Part shown: piece by piece, positions 31,245-41,464 of the stretch | How positions within the stretch are numbered: the stretch's first letter is position 1 | How the letters are laid out: every line of letters starts with the position of its first letter | DNA from: Terriglobia bacterium | Lineage (GTDB): Bacteria; Acidobacteriota; Terriglobia; 20CM-2-55-15 | Direction: 5' to 3' | Length of the DNA stretch: 64,000 nt | NCBI GenBank assembly: GCA_965198225.1 | Contig: CBDAOY010000009.1 | Coordinates: forward strand, 128,001-192,000 | Made by a program: the position numbers and the translations under genes | The notes under the pieces: generated by a model | What the model saw: the letters and a program-made list of their open reading frames with translations, nothing else | The model's database searches: none | Told to the model about the DNA's origin: nothing

Positions 31245-32180
31245 TCAACGCGCAGTCGGCTCGGATTGAGGACTCTCGTTGCCCGCTTCGTCGATCGCTG
31301 AGACGACGTACTGATAACCCGGACCGAACTCGGCGTCGAAGAAAGCGTTCGTGAGCTGGGGTTCGCCCACTGCCGCAAACTCGTCCGACGTGCTCGGCCT
31401 TCGAAAAACCCGGTAGCGGACCACATCGGTTTCCGGGCTGGACTGCCAGTTCAGGAACGCGCCCGTGGCCGCCGGAGTGAGCACGAGGCCCCTGGGTGCA
31501 CTGGGGGGAGTGCGGTCTGTCGCCGTCACGCGCAAGGGCTCGGAAGGAAACCCCTCCACCCAGTTCCGGCCATCCCGTCGAACGGCCACCACGGTGTAGG
31601 CGTAGGTTTCTCCAGCCTGAAAAGTCGTGTCTCGGAACCCGGTGCCGTTCGTCGGCGGATCCGTCAGCAGGGTGCCGGAGCGGTAGATCCGGTATGCCTC
31701 GGCAAACTCACCTCGGATCGGAGGGCGGCGCCATCGCAGTGACACCGCACCCTGGTCGACGAGGGCGTCGATCGCGACGCTCGGCCCGGCGACTTCGACA
31801 ACCGCGATCGACACGAGGTTGGACGGCCCCGAGACACGGCCCCTGCCGGTCTCGATGCGAAGCGTGAACTCCGGAGTCGAACCGACCATGTCCAATCCCT
31901 TCAGGGTCAGACGCTGGCGTAGTCCCGGCTCGGTGGCTGAAACGCTTGCCACCGTCTCCCCCCCCGTAGACAGCACGGCTTCGGCCAGATCGTCCGGGCG
32001 GGATTGATCGACGTTTAGAGCAGGGTTGGTCCAAACGAAGTGCAGGTCGTAGCCGCGCTGCTCGACCGACAGATCCTGAACAGCCTCGGGAATCCTTACG
32101 AAAGGAGGGAGCGGATCACCGACCTTCCCGCAACCGAGCGTGGCGAGAACTATCCCGATCGTAAGCAGACGCATACCCAA
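31245..32180 (-). CDS. Lipoprotein with fibronectin type III domains
   Basis: Lipobox LGC followed by GKVGDPLPP; FN3 patterns Y.Y.V.A and GNES. Confidence 0.75.
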   Translation of the reverse strand: MGMRLLTIGIVLATLGCGKVGDPLPPFVRIPEAVQDLSVEQRGYDLHFVWTNPALNVDQSRPDDLAEAVLSTGGETVASVSATEPGLRQRLTLKGLDMVGSTPEFTLRIETGRGRVSGPSNLVSIAVVEVAGPSVAIDALVDQGAVSLRWRRPPIRGEFAEAYRIYRSGTLLTDPPTNGTGFRDTTFQAGETYAYTVVAVRRDGRNWVEGFPSEPLRVTATDRTPPSAPRGLVLTPAATGAFLNWQSSPETDVVRYRVFRRPSTSDEFAAVGEPQLTNAFFDAEFGPGYQYVVSAIDEAGNESPQSEPTAR

Positions 32181-32272
32181 AGATTTCTGAAATTTTGCAG
32201 AGACAATCAGCCATCAGCTCCCAGCCTTTTGTTTCGTGGCTGAAACCTGAATGCCGATCGCTGACAGCACGC

Positions 32273-33658
32273 CTACAGGATGTAGCGACTCAGGTCCTGA
32301 TCCTTGACGATGTCCTTGAGCATCTTTTCCACGTAGGTTGCATCGATCTCCACCCTCTTTTTGTCCAGGTCGGGCCCTTCGAAAGAGATCTCGTCCAGAA
32401 GCTTCTCCATTATCGTGTGCAGACGGCGGGCGCCGATATTCTCGGTGGTCTCGTTGACCATGGCAGCGAAACGTGCGATCTCGAATACCGCATCCTCGGT
32501 GAAGGACAGCTTGATTCCTTCCGTGTCCATCAGCGCAACATACTGTTTGATGAGGGCGTTCTGGGGCTCCGTCAGTATCCGAACGAAATCCTCCATTGTC
32601 AGCGATTCCAACTCGACACGAATGGGGAACCGGCCCTGGAGTTCGGGAATCAGGTCCGATGGCTTGCTGACGTGGAAGGCGCCGGCTGCAAAGAACAGGA
32701 CGTGGTCGGTCCGGATCATGCCGTAACGGGTGTTGATCGTCGTGCCTTCGACGATCGGAAGGATATCGCGCTGGACCCCTTCCCTGCTCACGTCCGGCCC
32801 GTGGCCCGATTCCCGACCGGCAATCTTGTCGATCTCGTCGAGAAAGATGATGCCGTTGTTCTCGGTACGCTCGACTGCAATTCTCGTGACCTGCTCCATG
32901 TCGACAAGCTTCTGTTCCTCCTCCTGGATCGTGTACTCGATAGCTTCAGCCACTTTCATCTTGCGCTTCTTCGTACGCTGACCCAGGAATCCGGGGAGTA
33001 TATCCTTGATGTTGATATCCATCTCCTCGACGCCGCTGTTGCTGATGACCTCGAAAGCCGGGAAGCTGCGCTCCTTGACCTCGACTTCCACGGTTCGATC
33101 GTCCAGTTTTCCCTCGCGAAGCTGCACCCTCAATTTCTCACGCGTCCGCTCCCATTGTTCCGCCGCACGCGCCCGTTCCTCGGCATCTGCGTCCCGGTTG
33201 GCGCTTATCGGAGGCAGCAGCAGGTCGAGAATTCGCTCTTCGGCGTTGATTTCCGCCTTCTCGGCGACTTCCTCGAGCTTTTCGTTACGGACCATGTCGA
33301 TCGAAATCTCGACCAGATCACGGATCATCGACTCGACATCGCGCCCTACATAGCCCACCTCGGTGAACTTCGAGGCTTCGACCTTCAGGAACGGGGAGTT
33401 CGCCAACCTTGCCAGGCGGCGAGCGACCTCGGTCTTTCCGACACCGGTCGGGCCGATCATGATGATGTTCTTCGGCATCACCTCTTCGGCCATGTCCGGC
33501 GCCAGTTTCTGACGTCGGACACGGTTGCGCAGCGCGATGGCAACGGCGCGCTTTGCGGCGGCCTGTCCGATGACGTACTTGTCCAGTTCGCGGACGGTTT
33601 CTCTCGGGGTCAATTCGTCGAGATGAGGTGTGGGATTCGGGGCTTCGTATGCAAACAT
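32273..33658 (-). CDS. hslU: ATP-dependent protease ATPase subunit HslU
   Basis: [39 protein letters not shown]. Confidence 0.98.
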   Translation of the reverse strand: MFAYEAPNPTPHLDELTPRETVRELDKYVIGQAAAKRAVAIALRNRVRRQKLAPDMAEEVMPKNIIMIGPTGVGKTEVARRLARLANSPFLKVEASKFTEVGYVGRDVESMIRDLVEISIDMVRNEKLEEVAEKAEINAEERILDLLLPPISANRDADAEERARAAEQWERTREKLRVQLREGKLDDRTVEVEVKERSFPAFEVISNSGVEEMDINIKDILPGFLGQRTKKRKMKVAEAIEYTIQEEEQKLVDMEQVTRIAVERTENNGIIFLDEIDKIAGRESGHGPDVSREGVQRDILPIVEGTTINTRYGMIRTDHVLFFAAGAFHVSKPSDLIPELQGRFPIRVELESLTMEDFVRILTEPQNALIKQYVALMDTEGIKLSFTEDAVFEIARFAAMVNETTENIGARRLHTIMEKLLDEISFEGPDLDKKRVEIDATYVEKMLKDIVKDQDLSRYIL

Positions 33659-33713
33659 TTCCAAAACCAAGAAGACTAGCACCGACAAGTCTGGTCGTCG
33701 GGGCCGGGAGACC

Positions 33714-33987
33714 TAGTGGCCTGCAACGGACAGCGTGACAGCGTCGCCGATGGGTCTTGCGGGCATTCTCACGAATCGTTGCCGGTCGAAGAACATCGGC
33801 CTTCTTCTAGACGGCTCATACGCCGCGGCTCGCAAGATCCATCGTCCCTTCGGGTGGCGGCGGAACAGCACCGTCTTCGTTGTCGCGCCTTCTCGCAATG
33901 AAACAGCATTACCTCGGGCGACGCTCCTAGAATCCGGTGCCGTTGCGCTCGCAACGCCACTATCAATCTCTCTGTTACAGGCCACTA
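33714..33987. mobile_element. MITE family M, copy B, inside the hslVU operon
   Basis: TA-GTGGCCTGCAAC...GTTACAGGCCAC-TA; the right TA is part of the hslV TAG stop codon. Confidence 0.85.
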
Positions 33988-34521
33988 CAATTCTTCCACT
34001 GTGATGTTGCTGTTGGTGTAAATGCAGATGTCGGCGGCGATCTTCAGCGACTGCTCGGCGATCTCCCGCGCGCTCATGTCGGAACACGACGAGAAGGCGC
34101 GTGCGGCCGCCAGGGCATAGGATCCTCCCGATCCGATGCCGAGAATGCCGTCATCCGGCTCGATCAGATCGCCGGTTCCAGAAATCAGGAACGTCGTCTT
34201 GCCGTCTGCGACGATCATAACGGCCTCGAGTTGACGCAGGCTCTTGTCGGTACGCCAATCTTTTGCCAATTCGACGGCCGCCCGGCCCAGGTTTCCATTG
34301 AACTGCTCCAGCTTGGACTCGAACCTCGAAAAGAGCGCAAAGCTGTCCGCCGAGGACCCTGCGAAGGCCGCCAGGATGCGGTCGTTGTAAAGGCGTCGAA
34401 TCTTCCTGGCACCCTGCTTGACCACGGTGTCGCCCAGGGTAACCTGGCCGTCGCCGGCAAGAGCCACCTGCTCGCCCTTCCGGACGCAGATGACGGTCGT
34501 GGAGTGGGCGTGAGCGGGCAT
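33985..34521 (-). CDS. hslV: ATP-dependent protease peptidase subunit HslV
   Basis: [30 protein letters not shown]. Confidence 0.97.
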   Translation of the reverse strand: MPAHAHSTTVICVRKGEQVALAGDGQVTLGDTVVKQGARKIRRLYNDRILAAFAGSSADSFALFSRFESKLEQFNGNLGRAAVELAKDWRTDKSLRQLEAVMIVADGKTTFLISGTGDLIEPDDGILGIGSGGSYALAAARAFSSCSDMSAREIAEQSLKIAADICIYTNSNITVEEL

Positions 34522-34525
34522 CGGG

Positions 34526-35278
34526 TCAGTTCTTCGTGTACCTGAGGACAGCGGGAGTGAAGACACGGTCGGCGATGCCGGAGTTGTAGGCAACTTCGTC
34601 GAAGCGGATCTCCATCGTTTTCATGCCGTTCGTGTACCGGTTGATCAGCAGGGGCGTCAGCACGTTCTGGATCTCGTGATAGTTGCTGTACACCTCTTCG
34701 TGAACGGCCGGATCGTCCAGACGCCGCATCGTCTTCTTTACCAGGAGACCGCTCTCGCGATCGATGAACAGGTTGATGCGCGTCCGGTCTTGGTCCCGTA
34801 TCTCCAGGATGTCCACTCTCTTGAAGTCGATGATTTCGCGACCGACGTACTGCAGCGTAGTTCTCTCTTCTCCGATCACGAAGCGCATGAGGAAGTCGAG
34901 GCTGACCTTGAACTCCTCCCAGAAAACCTCAATCTGTTCCCCTATCTGGTCATCGACTTCTTTGTCGCTGATGTTCCATCCTTCGTCACCATTGTTGACC
35001 CGAGCCGACTTGCGGTCTTCGCCGAATTCGGTCCGCTCTTTGTCGGGAAACTTGATGTAGTCGGAAAAGAACTCTCCGCCGATCAGTTCTCCCCGCTGGA
35101 ATTGAAAGAACCGACCGTGGGCCGCGATATCTTTGACATCCATATAGGCCGCGCCGCCCAGCCTCAGCACCGCTTTGTCCAGGATGTCCTGCGGATCGAT
35201 CTGCGCACGGGCATCGGTAGGAGCCCACAACGCCGCCAGGGCACACAAGAAACCGGCGAAAAAGCATTTCCCTGTCAT
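34526..35278 (-). CDS. Secreted protein, LolA-like / outer-membrane lipoprotein-sorting fold
   Basis: Signal peptide; beta-rich pattern (YSNYHEI, N.GI.D.VF) typical of the family. Confidence 0.55.
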   Translation of the reverse strand: MTGKCFFAGFLCALAALWAPTDARAQIDPQDILDKAVLRLGGAAYMDVKDIAAHGRFFQFQRGELIGGEFFSDYIKFPDKERTEFGEDRKSARVNNGDEGWNISDKEVDDQIGEQIEVFWEEFKVSLDFLMRFVIGEERTTLQYVGREIIDFKRVDILEIRDQDRTRINLFIDRESGLLVKKTMRRLDDPAVHEEVYSNYHEIQNVLTPLLINRYTNGMKTMEIRFDEVAYNSGIADRVFTPAVLRYTKN

Positions 35279-35319
35279 GAAGCGTAGATTATAGCCAATT
35301 TGCGTCATTTCGCCTCTTC

Positions 35320-36036
35320 TCACCGAACATCGCGTGCAGCATCCACGAATGCCGTGAAGATGGAGCGGGCGAACCGATCCGTGCTCCATCCGGTTTCGGG
35401 ATGCCATTGCACACCGATCGCGAACGTCCCGGTGGTGTCCTCGACGGCTTCGACGACGCCGTCGGGAGCGAGGGCCACAGACCGCAGGTTTCTTCCGGGC
35501 ACGTCGATCGACTGGTGGTGATAGCTGTTCACTTGTGCTTCCGGATCCGGGTGCAATCGCCTCATCCAAGTACCTTCGAGCCTTACGCTGTGGGACTTGA
35601 TCTCCTTCGGCTCGCCCTCCCGGTCGTGCTCGAGGGCCTCGGGTATCTCGGACGGAATGTCCTGGATCAGCGTGCCTCCGCGGTACACGTTCAGGCTCTG
35701 CGCGCCGTAGCAGATGCCGAGCACCGGCAGTCCGGCGCTCGCGGCCGCTGCGAGCAGGATGAAGTCGGTATTGTCCCTTTCGGCGAACACCCGACCGAGC
35801 TTCTCGTGCGGTTCGCGCCCGTAATGGGCCGGATCGATATCGTTCGGGCTTCCGGGAAGCAGAATCCCGTCGAGGCGCCGTGCGTATTCGTCGATCAGAT
35901 CCTGCTCGCTGCCGACAGGAATCAAAACCGGAACCCCACCCGCCGATCGGACGGCATCCAGGTAGAACCGGTCCTGACTGAAACGGTGTTTCTCGTCATC
36001 GTATCGGGTCGGCATGCCGATCCAGGGGGTTCTCAC
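35320..36036 (-). CDS. Gamma-glutamyl-gamma-aminobutyrate hydrolase family (peptidase C26)
   Basis: LGICYGAQ, VNSYHHQ, GVQWHPE. Confidence 0.9.
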   Translation of the reverse strand: MRTPWIGMPTRYDDEKHRFSQDRFYLDAVRSAGGVPVLIPVGSEQDLIDEYARRLDGILLPGSPNDIDPAHYGREPHEKLGRVFAERDNTDFILLAAAASAGLPVLGICYGAQSLNVYRGGTLIQDIPSEIPEALEHDREGEPKEIKSHSVRLEGTWMRRLHPDPEAQVNSYHHQSIDVPGRNLRSVALAPDGVVEAVEDTTGTFAIGVQWHPETGWSTDRFARSIFTAFVDAARDVR

Positions 36037-36851
36037 GACTGATTCCTCGTGGCCGGGCTTGGGGAAGCAGCGGGGCCATGGAACACCGAGACGATGGTCT
36101 CCCGCACTGCACCGGCAATCTCATCCAGCGTCATAGTGTTGGACGGGAACCGCTCACCGATTGTCACCGTCACATCCCCTCCGCGGACCCGGCCCGACCC
36201 CGGCGCGAATACCCAACGGGTGCCTTGGATCGTCGCGGGAACGATCTCCGCCCCTGATCTTTCGGCGACCGCGAACGCGCCGCCTTTGAAAGATCCGATC
36301 TCACCGTTCCGGCTCGTTCGGCCCTCCGGAAAGATGATGACCGGTGTGCCACCGCGACTACCTTCCACCGAGCGCTCCAAGGCCCGCACGGCCGCAAGCG
36401 GGTTTCCGCGATCGACAGGGACATGGCCGGCGCGGCGGAGATGCCACCCGAGGAACGGGACACCAAAGAGCTCCTTTTTCGCGGCAAAGCGAACCGGGTC
36501 TGGAATGGACGCCAGCAGCACCGGAATGTCCATGTAGCTCTGATGGTTGACGCAAAGCAGATACTGGCCGCCGCGCGGGAGATGCCCGAGGCCATCCACC
36601 CGAACCCGGACGCGCGAGACGAACAGGACGAACCGCGACCAGATTCGAGCACACGCGTGCTGAAACCGACCTTGCGGGTCCGCGAGCGAACCGACCAGCG
36701 ATGTGGACGCCATCAAGACGGTCGCGGCGATGATCAACGGCGCGGTCCAGAGCAACGTCCTGGGATAGATCAACCGGTCAGAGACTACGGCCCAGACGGT
36801 CCCCGTGGGGCCTTTGCAGGAACGGGGATCTGCTCTGTCCGGAAAACTCAT
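36033..36851 (-). CDS. plsC: 1-acyl-sn-glycerol-3-phosphate acyltransferase
   Basis: NHQSYMD, FPEGRTS; start at ATG 36851 overlapping the folC stop. Confidence 0.88.
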   Translation of the reverse strand: MSFPDRADPRSCKGPTGTVWAVVSDRLIYPRTLLWTAPLIIAATVLMASTSLVGSLADPQGRFQHACARIWSRFVLFVSRVRVRVDGLGHLPRGGQYLLCVNHQSYMDIPVLLASIPDPVRFAAKKELFGVPFLGWHLRRAGHVPVDRGNPLAAVRALERSVEGSRGGTPVIIFPEGRTSRNGEIGSFKGGAFAVAERSGAEIVPATIQGTRWVFAPGSGRVRGGDVTVTIGERFPSNTMTLDEIAGAVRETIVSVFHGPAASPSPATRNQS

Positions 36852-38098
36852 TCGTCGATTCCAAGCGCCTCTCTGGCCTCTCCGACCAGGTAGAGGGAGC
36901 CGGCTACCAGAACGGTTGCGTCGCCCGGAGCGTTGTGTCTGACGTATTCGATCGCTTCCCTGACCGAGGCGGTAACCATGGATCCCGGTGATAGCTCGAC
37001 GAGATCGACGGGATCGACCGAACGGGCATTCGCAGTTCGGGTGAAGACGATCTGCCGGGCGTGCGGGCGTATATGACCCAGTATGCCGGCGTGATCCTTC
37101 TCGCGCATGCTCGCAAACACCAGCCATACGCCTTCGGGATAGTACTCCGCCAGAAAACGTGCCAACGCCGCCGCCGCGGGCACGTTGTGCCCACCGTCGA
37201 GGAGAAACGCGGGTGTACCGTCGAGCTTTTCCAACCTGCCCGGCCAGGTAGCGCGGTTCACACCGCTGGCGATTCTGTCCGCATCGATCGGCCACCCTTG
37301 GGCCTCGAGACACTCGGCAGTACGAACGGCGACGACGAGGTTGTCCACCTGGTGACGACCGGGAATGCGCGGACGCAGAGAGAAGTAGTCCCGGACTGGC
37401 GTCTGAAGATCGACGTCGAGAAACCCTTCCCCAAGGTTCCGCACTTCGGTTGCGACCCCCGACGCGTCGACCAGCCGTCCCCCCGCCCGCCCGGCAACAC
37501 AGTCAAAGTCCGCACCGGCGCCGATGATGACCGGTTCGGCGTGTTTGATGATCCCTGCCTTCTCAGCCGCGATCTGGGAGAGTCGCTCGCCGAGGTATTC
37601 GGTGTGATCCAGACCGATGTTCGTGATCACGGAAGCGTCCTGGTGCACCAGGTTCGTCGCGTCGAGCCTACCCCCGAGCCCGACTTCGAGTACGGCCTTC
37701 TCCACCCGCGTACTGAAGTAGGTAAAGGCCACAGCGGTCACCAGTTCGAAGTAGGTCGGGGGGTAGAGCAGGCGGGGTGCGGCGCGGCGAGCCGCCGCCG
37801 CCACGATGTCGAAGGCCTCGTCGAGGTCATCCTCACTGATGGGGCAGCTTCCTATGGATACGCGCTCGTTCAGGCGAACAAGGTGGGGCGAAGTGAAGAG
37901 ACCGGCCTCGGGAACCATCGCTGAGAGCCACCTGGCGACGGAGCCTTTCCCGTTGGTTCCCGCGATGAGCACCGAACGGAAGTTCCGATGCGGGTTGCCG
38001 AGGGCATCCGAGAGGGCCTCGATATTGCGAAGGTCGTACCGGAGAGAACGGTACTCATTCCGGAGGGAGAAAAGACGCTGGATGTCGTCGCTCTTCAT
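36848..38098 (-). CDS. folC: Folylpolyglutamate synthase / dihydrofolate synthase
   Basis: IAGTNGKGS, FTSPHL..NER, EVGLGGRLDATN, WPGRLE, LDGGHN. Confidence 0.95.
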   Translation of the reverse strand: MKSDDIQRLFSLRNEYRSLRYDLRNIEALSDALGNPHRNFRSVLIAGTNGKGSVARWLSAMVPEAGLFTSPHLVRLNERVSIGSCPISEDDLDEAFDIVAAAARRAAPRLLYPPTYFELVTAVAFTYFSTRVEKAVLEVGLGGRLDATNLVHQDASVITNIGLDHTEYLGERLSQIAAEKAGIIKHAEPVIIGAGADFDCVAGRAGGRLVDASGVATEVRNLGEGFLDVDLQTPVRDYFSLRPRIPGRHQVDNLVVAVRTAECLEAQGWPIDADRIASGVNRATWPGRLEKLDGTPAFLLDGGHNVPAAAALARFLAEYYPEGVWLVFASMREKDHAGILGHIRPHARQIVFTRTANARSVDPVDLVELSPGSMVTASVREAIEYVRHNAPGDATVLVAGSLYLVGEAREALGIDE

Positions 38099-38163
38099 CG
38101 GATGGCGCTCTGGCAACCCGTGGCCAGAAGTCTGCTGGCTCGCGCTACGGCGGGCGCCAGGTG

Positions 38164-38333
38164 CTAGCCCGGATTATTCATGAATTGTCTACTGCACCGG
38201 CGGATACACTCGCAGATACGGCGTTGCGCTAACGGGCCGGCCTCCGCATTTGATCCAGACACGCCGCCCTCGCGGCCTTGTCTCGCGGCGTCTCCACCGC
38301 TTCGCGACGACAACCACGAATAATCCGGGCTAG
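38164..38333. mobile_element. MITE X (162 bp plus CTAG flanks)
   Basis: CTAG-CCCGGATTATTCATG...CACGAATAATCCGGG-CTAG; 14/15 TIR match, no ORF. Confidence 0.85.
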
Positions 38334-38445
38334 GAGTCTGCGCGGCAGAAGAAACCCGGTACTACATGTCGATGCTAAGTGCTGCGCACACACACTATGC
38401 TGTGGTCACAATGACCCAAAATCGTTCTACCGCGCAGACTCCTAG
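38330..38445. mobile_element. MITE Y (108 bp plus CTAG flanks)
   Basis: CTAG-GAGTCTGCGCGGCAGAA...TTCTACCGCGCAGACTC-CTAG; 16/17 TIR match; shares each CTAG with a neighbouring element. Confidence 0.82.
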
Positions 38446-38925
38446 TAGCCTGTAACAGAGATAGTGACAGCGTCGCCGATGGGCCTTGCGGGTCCTCCCC
38501 CGAGTCGTTGCGGCACGAAAAACGCCGTTTTCCTGGCTCCTCTGCGTGGCCGGCAAGACCCATCGTCCCTTCGGGTTGCGGCGGAACAGCACCGTCCTTC
38601 GTTGTCGCGCCTTCTCGCAATGAAGCAGCATTTCCTCGGGCGGCGCTCCTTGTACCCGGTCCCATAGATAGGGAGCGTAACGCCGATGGGTCTTGGCGGC
38701 GAGGTCGCGGAGCGAGGCGCGAAGTGATGCTCTTTCATCCTGAGCGGCGAGCGACAAAGAGATCGCCGCAACCCCCATCGGCCCGAAGGGTTCGGGCGGA
38801 ACGGTCGAGTCTTCGTTGCCGCGACCTTTCTTGGTAAGACCCTCTTCCCATCGGTCCTCGTCGCTCCTAGAATCCGATGTCGTTGCGCTCGCAACGCCAC
38901 TATCACTCTCTCTGTTGCAGGCGCC
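38443..38925. mobile_element. MITE family M, copy C (two tandem internal modules)
   Basis: Left end TAGTAGCCTGTAACAGAGA, degenerate right end TCTCTGTTGCAGGCG; modules begin at 38474 and 38681. Confidence 0.8.
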
Positions 38926-38950
38926 GCAATCCATGGATAAGCGGGTCTAC

Positions 38951-39790
38951 TCAACCGATGAAAAACTTCAGAGAGCGGACCAGATAGGGCTTCAAGTCGC
39001 GACGCTCGACGATCGCATCGAGCATACCGTGCTCAAGAAGAAACTCGCTCCGCTGAAAACCCTCCGGCAGCGTCTGTCGGATCGTCTGCTCGATGACGCG
39101 GGGACCGGCAAAGCCGATCAAAGCCTTCGGTTCGGCAATGTTGATATCGCCCAACATCGCATAGCTTGCCGAAACACCGCCAGTGGTCGGGTCGGTCAGG
39201 ACGGAAACGTACGGCAGGCGCGCTTCGGCCAGTCGCGCGAGCGCGCCAGAGATCTTGGCCATCTGCATCAGGCTCAGCGCTCCCTCCTGCATGCGGGCGC
39301 CGCCGGAGCATGAAACGATGACCAGGGCCGCGCGGTTCGTCAGGGCGTGTTCGATGGCGCGCGTAATCTTCTCTCCCACCACCGACCCCATTGACCCTCC
39401 GATGAACTCGTACGCCATCGCCGCGATCACCGCGGGGTGCCCTCCGAGAGTTCCGACTCCTGTAACGACGGCCTCCCTGGTCCCGGACCTGCCGGCCAGG
39501 GCGGCCAGCGTCTTGTCGTATTCCTTGGCGGCCTTGAACTCAAGCGGATCGGTGGCATAGAGCCCCGCGTCCATCTCTCTCCATTCGCCGTCGAAAAGTA
39601 GGTGCAGTCGATCGAAGGCGCCGATCTTGTAGTGGTGGTGGCACTTCGGACAGACCTGAAGGTTGGCGTCGATGTCCTTCTTCCAGACCGGCTCCTTGCA
39701 ACTGACGCACTTCTGCCAGAGGCCTTCCGGGATGACCTTCCGCTCCTGGTCGACTTCCATCGACTTCTTTTCCCGCTTGAACCAAGCCAT
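38951..39790 (-). CDS. accD: Acetyl-CoA carboxylase carboxyltransferase beta subunit
   Basis: LWQKCVSC..VCPKC zinc finger, GGSMGSVVGEK, SGGARMQEG, GFAGPRVI. Confidence 0.97.
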   Translation of the reverse strand: MAWFKREKKSMEVDQERKVIPEGLWQKCVSCKEPVWKKDIDANLQVCPKCHHHYKIGAFDRLHLLFDGEWREMDAGLYATDPLEFKAAKEYDKTLAALAGRSGTREAVVTGVGTLGGHPAVIAAMAYEFIGGSMGSVVGEKITRAIEHALTNRAALVIVSCSGGARMQEGALSLMQMAKISGALARLAEARLPYVSVLTDPTTGGVSASYAMLGDINIAEPKALIGFAGPRVIEQTIRQTLPEGFQRSEFLLEHGMLDAIVERRDLKPYLVRSLKFFIG

Positions 39791-40027
39791 AGATTATTGA
39801 TTATACAAAGGATACTTGAAATCTTGAAGAAGCTATCAGCTGTTCAGCCTTCGGCGGTCAGCCCTCAGCGGTTCAGCTGCCGGAGGAAGTTCCTGAGAGT
39901 GCCTTTGATTTCGGTCATCTCTGCCAAACATACTATCGTGAAGGCCGGGCGGTGAGGAGAAGCGGAGACCTTCGAAACGCAATGTGATTTCTCTGCTGAA
40001 AGCGGACAGCCGAGGACTGAAAGCTCG

Positions 40028-41464
40028 CTACGGGCCGAAGACTTCCTCCGCTGCGCGACGCAAGCGGAGGGCCGTCTTATCGCGTCCAAGGACGACCATG
40101 ACGTCGAATATGCCTGGGGCGACCGCCTTGCCAGTGAGCGATACACGGGAGGCGTTGATCAACAAGCCTGCTTTGACGCCCAGCTCGCCGGCCAGCGAGC
40201 GCAGTGCCGTCTCGGTGGTTTCCAGATCGAATGGTTCCAGCGCCTCGAGCCGGCGCGCCAGCGCCGGCAAATACTCCGCGAGTTTCGAATCCTTCATGAA
40301 CCGCTCCACAGCCGGGGGCTCGTACTCCACGCGCTCGCCCGTGTACGTCGTTGCTGCCGCCGCCACATCGTTCAACGACCGAAACCGTGGACGGATCAGG
40401 CCAATCATCGCGGAAAACCAGTCAGCATCCGTGCCCGCGAACCGGTCCTCCCAGAGCCCGAGATCGTCCATCATCGGGCGGAGGCGTTTGACGAGGTCGT
40501 CGAGCGGGAGCGCTTTGATGTATCGACCGTTGAACCAGGACAGCTTCTCGGCATCGAACACAGCGTTCGCCTTGGAGATGCCCCCGAGCGAGAACGCCTC
40601 GATAAGTTCTTCACGGTTGAAGACCTCCTGATCGGTCCCCGATGACCAACCAAGCAGGACGAGAAAATTACGGAAGGCTTCGGGAAGGATGCCCTGATCG
40701 CGGTATGCGAGTACCGACGTCGCTCCGTGCCGCTTGCTGAGCCTGCTCTTGTCCGGACCCAGGATCAGAGGAACATGGACGAACTCCGGCGACGACACCT
40801 CGAAAGCGTCGTAGAGCAGGAGTTGCTTCGGTGTGTTGGAAATATGGTCTGCACCACGCAGGACATGAGTGATCTTCATGTCGATGTCGTCTGCGACGAC
40901 ACTCAGGTGGTAGGTCGGATGACCGTCGGAGCGAAGAAGGATGAAGTCCTCGATTTCGTCGAATCCCCGCTCGATGGGGCCGAACACCGCGTCGTCGAAC
41001 CGAACCGGCTGGTCGGGCACCTTGAGGCGGACCGCGGCCGGCTCCCCTTTTTCCAGTCTGCTGCGAATTTCCCCTTCTCCCAGCGAGAGACACGCTCGAT
41101 CGTACTTCCACTCCACTTTCGTCGAAGAGTCCCGGGCGCGTTTGGCGGCGAGCGAAGCGGGCGAACAGAAGCAGTAGTAAGCCTGTTGCTGGCGGATCAA
41201 CCGCATCGCCCTGTCCCGGTAGCCGGCGACGCGGGTGGACTGCAGGTAGGGGCCTTCGTCCCAGTCCAGCCCCATCCACTTCATGGCCTCGAATATCCCC
41301 TCGACCATGTCTGCGCTGGATCGCTCGACATCGGTATCTTCGATGCGCAAAACGAAGACGCCCCCCATCTTCTGCGCAAAAAGCCAGTTGAAGAGCGCTG
41401 TTCGAGCGCCGCCGACGTGCAGATAGCCGGTAGGAGACGGGGCAAAGCGGACGCGAACAGTCAT
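40028..41464 (-). CDS. gltX: Glutamate--tRNA ligase (paralog 2)
   Basis: RFAPSPTGYLHVGG, LRGADHISNTPKQ, RLSKRHG, anticodon-binding domain. Confidence 0.95.
   Translation of the reverse strand: MTVRVRFAPSPTGYLHVGGARTALFNWLFAQKMGGVFVLRIEDTDVERSSADMVEGIFEAMKWMGLDWDEGPYLQSTRVAGYRDRAMRLIRQQQAYYCFCSPASLAAKRARDSSTKVEWKYDRACLSLGEGEIRSRLEKGEPAAVRLKVPDQPVRFDDAVFGPIERGFDEIEDFILLRSDGHPTYHLSVVADDIDMKITHVLRGADHISNTPKQLLLYDAFEVSSPEFVHVPLILGPDKSRLSKRHGATSVLAYRDQGILPEAFRNFLVLLGWSSGTDQEVFNREELIEAFSLGGISKANAVFDAEKLSWFNGRYIKALPLDDLVKRLRPMMDDLGLWEDRFAGTDADWFSAMIGLIRPRFRSLNDVAAAATTYTGERVEYEPPAVERFMKDSKLAEYLPALARRLEALEPFDLETTETALRSLAGELGVKAGLLINASRVSLTGKAVAPGIFDVMVVLGRDKTALRLRRAAEEVFGP

Noticed and set aside
32195-33679. 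Long antisense ORFs (also 2-421, 7816-8571, 28849-29976, 48562-49854, 61099-62319)
   Set aside because: Shadow frames of well-conserved genes in GC-rich DNA, with no recognisable motifs
38375-38954. ORFs across family M copies (also 8724-8963 and 33713-34087) sharing peptide motifs
   Set aside because: Similar peptides switch frames between copies, which indicates a non-coding DNA repeat
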